Source of the DNA: Cenococcum geophilum
Lineage: Eukaryota
Reading direction: 5' to 3'
Assembly (NCBI GenBank): GCA_050273025.1
Contig: CP158635.1
Coordinates: 21,638,001-21,702,000, forward strand
Length of the DNA stretch: 64,000 bases
The notes under the pieces are model-generated. The model was given only the letters and a program-made list of their open reading frames with translations, had not been told where the DNA came from and searched no databases. Positions 54,139 to 64,000 of this stretch are shown here, piece after piece; position 1 is the first letter of the stretch; each line of letters opens with the position of its first letter. Position numbers and translations under genes: made by a program.

Positions 54139-57100
54139 CTATTATATATCGGGGGGGGTCATTTAGCGCGGTTACAACCCGGGTTAATACGAGGTTAGGG
54201 CCACCCCTACTAATAACGCGCCTGAACCCTATACGAGGTCGCGTAGCGACCGCCCCCAAGTACCTTCGTACGCGATTTTAGGCGAAAAGGTATATAATAT
54301 GTATTAGATCGGTACCTCTAGACGGTCGCATAATATTGCTCTAAATTTATAACACCTAAACGCGTTCCATTCCTATATTAAGGCGTCTCAGTTACTATAA
54401 TATAGTCCTATATTAAGACGTCTTAGTTGCTATAGTATAGTCCTATATTAAGGCGTCTTAGTTAATATAGTGTAGTCCTATATTAAGGCGTTTTAGTTAC
54501 TATAGTACAGTTATATATTAAGGCGTCTTGGTCACTACAGTGCAGTCCTATATTAAGACGTCTTGGTCACTAGTAGTCCTATATTAAGACGTCTTGGTTA
54601 CTGTAGTGCAGTCATACATTAAGGCGTCTTAGTTACTATAGTGTAGTTATATATAGAGGCAGTTATATATTAAGGTGTCTTAGTTACTACAGTAAAATAA
54701 CTATTTAGATATTCTTATAAAGCCAATCTAAAAAACGCGGACCTCGTAGCTGTTCTAGCTAGTTAATAGCCTGTCTCTCGTCTTTTACCATACCGTCTTC
54801 TACGCGCCGTCTAACATCCTTAATTATTCTACGGCGACGGCTGTAGAATATAGCCTCGCCGTTAACCCGCCAGCGCGCCCCCTAGCAGCGATTAAGAGCT
54901 TTAATTAACGGCCTACCTGCTAGCCCTAAAGTCTACTTAGTCTAGAGCTAGAACACCAAATTACCGCCCTAAAGTATCTTATATTTCCTTAGTAGTGCCT
55001 ACAGGTTAAGAATAAATAGAAGAGGTTAAGCGTTAGCCTGTGGTAGCTGCGGCAGCTATAGCGGGGGTATAGTAGAAGCTTGCGGCAGCTGCTATAGGGG
55101 TATAGTAGACGTTATAGTAGACAGCTAAGTAGGCTCTACGGCGGTAGACAGTTAAGGACCCCTTAGTATCTCTATAGGGGTTGGATATATAGGAAAGGGT
55201 TTATCTAAAGACGGAATCTGGCTATTAACGCGTTTAGGAACGGATGCGGGTATAAGTATAGGTACGGGTGTAGGTATAGGTATGGGTGTGGGCATAGGTA
55301 CGGGTATAGAGCCGTCTAAAGACGGATATATGGACTCCGTAGGCCCTATCTAGATACCTATCTTCCCTTGCTAGATCTATATAGGTGCGAATAATGCTAA
55401 TAACCTTTCTATCTCGCTAAGGCGTTCTAAGATCGTCTATACGCGTAATTAAACCCCCTTTATCTCTAAGATTGCGGCCTCGTATTTTAGCTTAGCTACG
55501 GCCTTATAGGCGGGCTAGTATTTCCGCATTATTATCTCGTCCGGCGTAACTACGCTAGCTAGCGAGCTTTCTACCTACGTGGTAAACCTCTAGTACTCCT
55601 TATAGCCAAAGAGGGGGTCCTTTTATAGAGGGTGGAGCGGGAATTACTTGCGTAGGATTACTAAGTCCTATAATAGGATTACCCTAAGCGCGTGGAGGAG
55701 GCGTAGAAATCCTAAGCCCGTAAGGTTAAGCCATACAACCTTATTATCTACCCTCTTTAGATAATAGGTCTCTATACGTTTTAGCTAAACATTAGTCTTA
55801 GGCTATATCTTTAAACAGAGTACTTTCTCCGGCACCTCCCGTACGCGGGAAAAAAAGTAGCCCTTTCCTTTCTTTAGGAAGCTGGCGATTAACCACATAA
55901 ACGCATGGGGTAGATAGCTGAGGTAGGCTCCTATTATCGCGTCCGTATTCCAGCATCCGGCCCGTCTAATTTAGGTCTCCTTAACGCTGCTAAGCTTAGT
56001 ATACTAGACGCTCTGCTTACGGGCGCTATAGGTCTTCTCTTTTAAATAAATCCCTACCCCCTAGAATATCTTTTTATTCCATTTAAACTGCGTATAATAG
56101 CTTAACGGCCGTTACGGTACTTTAATACTGCTAGGGAAGATATATAGGCCGTAATAGTCCTCTAGCTGCCAAAAGAATGGGAAGCTCTTAGCGCCGTCCT
56201 TACCCTAGCGGTTAAAGAAGTAGAAGGCTATTATAGAGAGAGGGTAGAGGATAGGGTTAGTATTACGCATATAGCCCATATACTTAACCTTACCGTGCTA
56301 ATTCTACTTCCCCTATATTATTAACATAATTATATACGGCGCTAACTTATCTAGTTTTAGCCCTTCGTTCTCTAGTTTAATAAGGATAAGGTTAGCAAGC
56401 TAAACGTCCCGTCTACTTTTACCCTAGGTAACGGTAGTATAGTCTAAGGAACGGGTTAGAAAACGGTAGCTATATGGACTAGATAGGGTATATATAAACC
56501 TAATAAATGCTTAGCTATAGTTTAAAGGTAAGACTTAATTAAGCCTAGCTTCTTAGAGCCCGTCTCCTAGCACTAAGTAATTGCCTTTTTAAGCCCTTTA
56601 ATATCGTAACCACCAGTAATTATAAATAGGCCTCAATTAATAAAGTTAACGCGTCAAATTCGGTCCTTGTTGCGGCGGATGCTGTCTAGTACCACCGAGA
56701 GCTTTACCCCCCGTAGCGGCTGCGAGGTCTTACCTTCTAACTGCCATACATAGAGCTTAGTAATAGCGGAGATGTAGCTATTTATAACTAAGTATTGGAC
56801 TGTCTCGTTAAATAGGGCGTCTAGGGCCTCCTCGTCCCATATCTCTTCCTCCTTTATAGCTTCCTCCCCTATAGCTGCGGCTGCCCCTGCGGCTGCCTTT
56901 CCCCCTAGCGGCCCTCCTGCGGTTATCTTCTGCCTCTTCTTTACCCGCTTGCCATCTTTCCATATCTCTTTCTATTTTAACTTCCGTTTTTAATAGCCAG
57001 CGGCCCGCGATTCTTAATTAATAACTTACTGCTCTAAAAATAAGCAAAGCTTATCTTCCGTTACCCGGGCGCCGTCCGTATTGCCTTCTAGTCTCGCGTA

Positions 57101-57693
57101 CCAGTCTTCCCACTCTTTCTGCTTTGGCTTGTACGCCCTTATAGTATTCTTCGAGCGCTAGGCCTTATAAATATCCTACAGCCGTGCTATCTGGGCCTTA
57201 AATTTATTCTGGAGGCTATAGGGGAAGGAGGCTAGGGGGGCTTCCGTAGTAGACCGTAGGGTAAGAAGATTCTTAAGAGACTCTATATCCGCAAGAGGTA
57301 AGGGGGCAAACGCGTAAGCGCGGCATGGGTAAATAAAGCTACCGAACGCGTAAATATTAATAAAGAAGGAGAAGAAGAGGGCTCTATATTATAGAATTAG
57401 AATTATAGCAGGCCTTTCTATATAAAATTAGAAGCCCCGCGCGAGCTAGGAGCCAGCGCGGGCACAAGAACAGCAGAGGGTTAGAAAATGGGATTGTCGA
57501 GGCGACGGTGAGGTCAATGGCGCGCGACGAGGACCTCTATACTAACCCAGTACTAACCTAGGCCTCAAAAACGCGTCCGAAAAGTAGGGGCCACCACCAA
57601 AGGGGGGGGGTGATATTTGAACGATATGTTGAAGACCTTGGGGGGTCGTGCGTAACCCGAGGTTATGCCAAGCTTAACCCGGACCTCCGATAC
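54139..57693 (-). mobile_element. Crypton unit 2, variant B
   Basis: Collinear with unit 1 at +3555; the differences seen are C>T/G>A transitions. Confidence 0.9.
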
Positions 57694-57707
57694 CTATCAC
57701 ATATCGG
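57687..57707. other. Candidate recombination core at the unit junction: CCGATA-CCTATCACA-TATCGG
   Basis: Perfect 6-bp inverted arms around a 9-bp spacer. RIP-altered copies at 54132-54152 and 61242-61262; host-flank version TCGATA-ACTATCACA-TATCGG at 50577-50597. Confidence 0.7.
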
Positions 57708-60700
57708 GGGGGGTCATTTGGCGCGGTTACGACCCGGGTTAATACGAGGTTAGGGCCACCCCTGCTGATAACGCGCCCGAACCCCGCACGAGGTCGCGCA
57801 GCGACCGCCCCCGAGTACCTTCGCACGCGATTTTGGGCGAAAAGGTATATAATATGTGTTGGATCGGTACCTCTGGACGGTCGCGTAATGTTGCTCTGAA
57901 TTTACAACACCTAAACGCGTTCCATTCCTATATTAAGGCGTCTCAGTTACTGTAATGCAGTCCTATATTAAGACGTCTCGGTTGCTATAGTATAGTCCTA
58001 TATTAAGGCGTCTCAGTTAATACAGTGCAGTCCTATATTAAGGCGTTTTGGTTACTATAGTGCAGTTATATATTAAGGCGTTTCGGTTACTGCAGTGCAG
58101 TCCTATATTGAGACGTCTTGGTCACTAGTAGTCCTATATCGAGACGTCTTGGTTACTATAGTGCAGTCATACGTTAAGGCGTCTTAGTCACTATAATGCA
58201 GTCATATATAGAGGCAGTTATATATTAAGGTGTCTTAGTTACTGCAGTAAAATAACTATTTAGATATTCTTATAAAGCTAATCTAAAGAACGCGGACCTT
58301 ATAGCTGTTCTAGCTGGTTAACAGCCTATCTCTTATCTCTTGCCGTACCGTCTTCTACGCGCTATCTAACATCCTTAATTATCCTACGGCGACGGCTGTA
58401 GAATATAGCCTTACCGTTAACCCGCCAGCGCGCCCCCCAGCAGCAATTAAGAGCTTTAATTAACGGCCCACCTGCTAGCCCTAAAGTCCACTTAGTCCAG
58501 AGCTGGAACACCAAATTACCGCCCCAAAGTATCTTATATTTTCTTAGCAGTGCCTATGGGTTAAGAATAAATGGAAGAGGTTGAGCGTTAGCCTGCGGCA
58601 GCTGCGGTAGCTGCGGCGGGGGTATAGTAGAAGCTTGCGGCAGCTGCTATAGGGGTATAGTAGACGTTATGGTAGACAGCTGAGTAGGCTCTACGGCGGT
58701 AGACAGTTAAGGACCCCTTAGTATCTCTATAGGGGTTAAATATATAAGAGAGGGTTTATCCAAAGACGGAATCTAGCTATTAACGCGTTTAGGAACGGAC
58801 GCGGGTACGGGCATAAGTACGGGTATAGGCATAGGTATAGATGCGGGCATAGGTACGGGTATAGGGCCGTCCAAAGACGGACGTATGGACTCCATAGGCC
58901 CTATCTAAATACCCATCTTCCCTTGCTAAATCTATATAGGTGCGAATAATGCTAATAACCTTTCTATCTCGCCAAGGCGTTCTAAAATCGTCTGCATGCG
59001 TAATTAAACCCCCTTTATCTCTAAGATCGCGGCCTTATATCTTAGCTTAGCTATGGCCTTATAGGCGGGCCAGTATTTCCGCATTATTATCTCATCTGGC
59101 GTAACTACGCTAGCTAGCGAGCTTTCTACCCGCGTGGTAAACCTTTAGTACTCCTTATAGCTAAAAAGGGGATTCTTCTATAGAGGGTAGAGCGGGAACT
59201 GCTTGCGTAGGATTACTAAGTCCTGCAATAGGATTACCCTAAGCGCGCGGAGGAGGCGTAGAAATCCTAAGCCTGTAAGGTTAAGCCGTACGACCTTATT
59301 ATCTGCCCTCTCTAGGTAGTAGGTCTCTATACATTTTAGCCAGACGTCAGTCTTAGGCCATATCTTTAAACAGAGTACCTCCTCCGGCACCTCCCGTGCG
59401 CGGGAAAGAAAGTAGCCCTTTCCTTCCTTTAGGAAGCCAGCGATTAACCGTATAAACGCACGGGGTAGATAGCTAAGGTAGGCTCCTGTTATCGCGTCCG
59501 TATTCCAGTATCCGGCCCATCTAATTTAGGTCTCCTTAACGCCGCTAAGCTTAGCGTGCCGGACGCTCTACTTATAGGCGCTATAGGTCTTCTCTTTTAA
59601 ATAAATCCCTACCCCCTAGAATATCTTTTTATTCTATTTAAACTGCGTATAATAGCTTAACGGCCGTTGCGGTACTTTAATACTGCCAGAAAAGACGTAT
59701 AGGCCGTAGTAGTCCTCTAGCTACCGAAAGGATGGGAAGCTCTTAGCGCCGTCCTTACCCTAGCGGTTAAAGAAGTAAAAGGCTATTATAGAGAGAGGGC
59801 AGAGGATAGGGTCAGTATTACGCATACAGCCCATATACTCAACCTTGCCGTACTAATTCTGCTTCCCCTATATTATTAATATAATTATATACGGCGCTAA
59901 CTTATCTAGTTTTAGCCCTTTGTTCTCTAGTTTAATAAGGATAAGGTTAGCAAGCTAAATGTCCCATCTACTTTTACCCTAAGTAATAGTAGTATGGCCT
60001 AAGGAACGGGTTAGAAAACGGCAGCCGTATAGACTAAATAGGGTATATATAAACCTAATAAATACTCAGCTGTAGTTTAAAGGTAAAACTTAATTAAGCC
60101 TAGCTTCTTAGAGCCCGTCTCCTAGCACTAAGTAATTGCCTTTTTAAGCCCTTTAACGTCGTAACTACTAGTAATTATAAATAGGCCTTAATTAATAAAG
60201 TTAACGCGTTAAATCCGGTCCTTATTACGGCGGACGCTATCTAATACCACCAAGAGCTTTACCCCCCGCAGTGGCTGCGAGGTTTTACCTTCCGACTACT
60301 ATATATAGAGCTTAGTAATAGCGGAGACGTAGCTATTTATAACTAAGTATCGGACTATCTCGTTAAATAGGGCGTCTAGGGCCTCCTCGTCCTATATCTC
60401 TTCCTCCTTTATAGCTTCCTCCCCTACAGCTGCGGCTGCCCCTACGGCTGCCTTTCCCCCTAGCGGCCCTCCTACGGTCGTCTTCTGCCTCTTCTTCACC
60501 CGCTTACTATCTTTCTATATCTCTTTCCGTTTTAACTTCTGTTTTTAATAGCCAGCGGCCCGCAATTCTTAATTAATAACTTACTGCTCTAAAAATAAGT
60601 AAAGCTTATCTTCCGTTACCTAGGCGCCATCCGTATTGCCTTCTAGTCTTACGTACTAGTCTTCCCACTCTTTCTACTTTAGCTTATACGCCCTTATAGT

Positions 60701-61248
60701 ATTCTTTAAGCGCTAGGCCTTATAAATATCCTACAGCCGTGCTATCTGGGCCTTAAATTCGTTCTAAAGGCTATAGGGGAAGGAGGCTAGGGGGGCTTCC
60801 GTAGTGGACCGTAGGGTAAGAAGATTCTTAAGAGACTCCATATCTGTAAGAGGTAAGGGGGCAAACGCGTAAGCGCGGTATGGGTAAATAAAGCTACCGA
60901 ACGCGTAAATATTAATAAAGAAGGAGAAGAAGAGGGCTCTATATTATAGAATTAGAATTATAGTAGGCCTTTCTATATAAAATTAGAAGCCCCGCGCGAG
61001 CTAGGAGCTAGCGCGGGCATAAGAACAGCAGAGGGTTGGAAAATGGGATTGTTGAGGCAATGGTAAGGTTAATGGCGCGCGACGAGGACCTCCATACTAA
61101 CCCAGTACTAACCTAGGCCTCAAAAACGCGTCCGAAAAGTAGGGGCCACCACTAAAGGGGGGGGGTAATATTTAAACGATATGTCGAAGACCTTAGGGGG
61201 TCGTGCGTAACCTAAGGTTATGCTAAGCTTAACCCGGACCTCCGATAC
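57694..61248 (-). mobile_element. Crypton unit 3, variant A (appears identical to unit 1)
   Basis: Offset of 7110 from unit 1; identical 70-aa ORFs at 52068 and 59178. Confidence 0.9.
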
Positions 61249-64000
61249 CTATTATATATCGGGGGGGGTCATTTAGCGCGGTTACAACCCGGGTTAATAC
61301 GAGGTTAGGGCCACCCCTACTAATAACGCGCCTGAACCCTATACGAGGTCGCGTAGCGACCGCCCCCAAGTACCTTCGTACGCGATTTTAGGCGAAAAGG
61401 TATATAATATGTATTAGATCGGTACCTCTAGACGGTCGCATAATATTGCTCTAAATTTATAACACCTAAACGCGTTCCATTCCTATATTAAGGCGTCTCA
61501 GTTACTATAATATAGTCCTATATTAAGACGTCTTAGTTGCTATAGTATAGTCCTATATTAAGGCGTCTTAGTTAATATAGTGTAGTCCTATATTAAGGCG
61601 TTTTAGTTACTATAGTACAGTTATATATTAAGGCGTCTTGGTCACTACAGTGCAGTCCTATATTAAGACGTCTTGGTCACTAGTAGTCCTATATTAAGAC
61701 GTCTTGGTTACTGTAGTGCAGTCATACATTAAGGCGTCTTAGTTACTATAGTGTAGTTATATATAGAGGCAGTTATATATTAAGGTGTCTTAGTTACTAC
61801 AGTAAAATAACTATTTAGATATTCTTATAAAGCCAATCTAAAAAACGCGGACCTCGTAGCTGTTCTAGCTAGTTAATAGCCTGTCTCTCGTCTTTTACCA
61901 TACCGTCTTCTACGCGCCGTCTAACATCCTTAATTATTCTACGGCGACGGCTGTAGAATATAGCCTCGCCGTTAACCCGCCAGCGCGCCCCCTAGCAGCG
62001 ATTAAGAGCTTTAATTAACGGCCTACCTGCTAGCCCTAAAGTCTACTTAGTCTAGAGCTAGAACACCAAATTACCGCCCTAAAGTATCTTATATTTCCTT
62101 AGTAGTGCCTACAGGTTAAGAATAAATAGAAGAGGTTAAGCGTTAGCCTGTGGTAGCTGCGGCAGCTATAGCGGGGGTATAGTAGAAGCTTGCGGCAGCT
62201 GCTATAGGGGTATAGTAGACGTTATAGTAGACAGCTAAGTAGGCTCTACGGCGGTAGACAGTTAAGGACCCCTTAGTATCTCTATAGGGGTTGGATATAT
62301 AGGAAAGGGTTTATCTAAAGACGGAATCTGGCTATTAACGCGTTTAGGAACGGATGCGGGTATAAGTATAGGTACGGGTGTAGGTATAGGTATGGGTGTG
62401 GGCATAGGTACGGGTATAGAGCCGTCTAAAGACGGATATATGGACTCCGTAGGCCCTATCTAGATACCTATCTTCCCTTGCTAGATCTATATAGGTGCGA
62501 ATAATGCTAATAACCTTTCTATCTCGCTAAGGCGTTCTAAGATCGTCTATACGCGTAATTAAACCCCCTTTATCTCTAAGATTGCGGCCTCGTATTTTAG
62601 CTTAGCTACGGCCTTATAGGCGGGCTAGTATTTCCGCATTATTATCTCGTCCGGCGTAACTACGCTAGCTAGCGAGCTTTCTACCTACGTGGTAAACCTC
62701 TAGTACTCCTTATAGCCAAAGAGGGGGTCCTTTTATAGAGGGTGGAGCGGGAATTACTTGCGTAGGATTACTAAGTCCTATAATAGGATTACCCTAAGCG
62801 CGTGGAGGAGGCGTAGAAATCCTAAGCCCGTAAGGTTAAGCCATACAACCTTATTATCTACCCTCTTTAGATAATAGGTCTCTATACGTTTTAGCTAAAC
62901 ATTAGTCTTAGGCTATATCTTTAAACAGAGTACTTTCTCCGGCACCTCCCGTACGCGGGAAAAAAAGTAGCCCTTTCCTTTCTTTAGGAAGCTGGCGATT
63001 AACCACATAAACGCATGGGGTAGATAGCTGAGGTAGGCTCCTATTATCGCGTCCGTATTCCAGCATCCGGCCCGTCTAATTTAGGTCTCCTTAACGCTGC
63101 TAAGCTTAGTATACTAGACGCTCTGCTTACGGGCGCTATAGGTCTTCTCTTTTAAATAAATCCCTACCCCCTAGAATATCTTTTTATTCCATTTAAACTG
63201 CGTATAATAGCTTAACGGCCGTTACGGTACTTTAATACTGCTAGGGAAGATATATAGGCCGTAATAGTCCTCTAGCTGCCAAAAGAATGGGAAGCTCTTA
63301 GCGCCGTCCTTACCCTAGCGGTTAAAGAAGTAGAAGGCTATTATAGAGAGAGGGTAGAGGATAGGGTTAGTATTACGCATATAGCCCATATACTTAACCT
63401 TACCGTGCTAATTCTACTTCCCCTATATTATTAACATAATTATATACGGCGCTAACTTATCTAGTTTTAGCCCTTCGTTCTCTAGTTTAATAAGGATAAG
63501 GTTAGCAAGCTAAACGTCCCGTCTACTTTTACCCTAGGTAACGGTAGTATAGTCTAAGGAACGGGTTAGAAAACGGTAGCTATATGGACTAGATAGGGTA
63601 TATATAAACCTAATAAATGCTTAGCTATAGTTTAAAGGTAAGACTTAATTAAGCCTAGCTTCTTAGAGCCCGTCTCCTAGCACTAAGTAATTGCCTTTTT
63701 AAGCCCTTTAATATCGTAACCACCAGTAATTATAAATAGGCCTCAATTAATAAAGTTAACGCGTCAAATTCGGTCCTTGTTGCGGCGGATGCTGTCTAGT
63801 ACCACCGAGAGCTTTACCCCCCGTAGCGGCTGCGAGGTCTTACCTTCTAACTGCCATACATAGAGCTTAGTAATAGCGGAGATGTAGCTATTTATAACTA
63901 AGTATTGGACTGTCTCGTTAAATAGGGCGTCTAGGGCCTCCTCGTCCCATATCTCTTCCTCCTTTATAGCTTCCTCCCCTATAGCTGCGGCTGCCCCTGC
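61249..64000 (-). mobile_element. Crypton unit 4, variant B (appears identical to unit 2), cut by the window edge
   Basis: Offset of 7110 from unit 2, with the same diagnostic substitutions. Confidence 0.9.

Noticed and set aside
50584..64000. Tandem array as rDNA or simple satellite
   Set aside because: No rRNA motifs; each unit encodes a Crypton recombinase relic.

Overview
Filamentous ascomycete (Pezizomycotina-type) genomic DNA with spliceosomal GT..CTAA..AG introns and a strong repeat-induced point mutation (RIP) signature (TpA excess, CpA/TpG depletion). There are four blocks. (1) 1-~26.9 kb is a RIP-destroyed Starship-like giant transposon: a DUF3435 tyrosine-recombinase 'captain' on the minus strand, followed leftwards by degenerate cargo genes (BTB/POZ, FunK1 kinase, F-box-like, hypotheticals). 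(2) ~26.9-42.65 kb is a nest: a hAT DNA transposon split by a Copia LTR element (TSD ATAAT), which is itself split by a Gypsy chromovirus (TSD GTATT) carrying a candidate spliced antisense Cys-rich gene. (3) 42.65-50.58 kb is a non-RIP island with one intact 4-exon PTH11-like (fungal rhodopsin-domain) gene and HET and OTT_1508-like pseudogene fragments. (4) 50.58-64 kb is a head-to-tail array of a 3555-bp Crypton (tyrosine recombinase plus GCR1_C) element in A-B-A-B order. The unit junctions form an inverted-arm/spacer site, CCGATA-N9-TATCGG, resembling a tyrosine-recombinase crossover site, and the left host flank mimics it. Protein calls in RIP regions come from manual translation and motif recognition, not from database searches.
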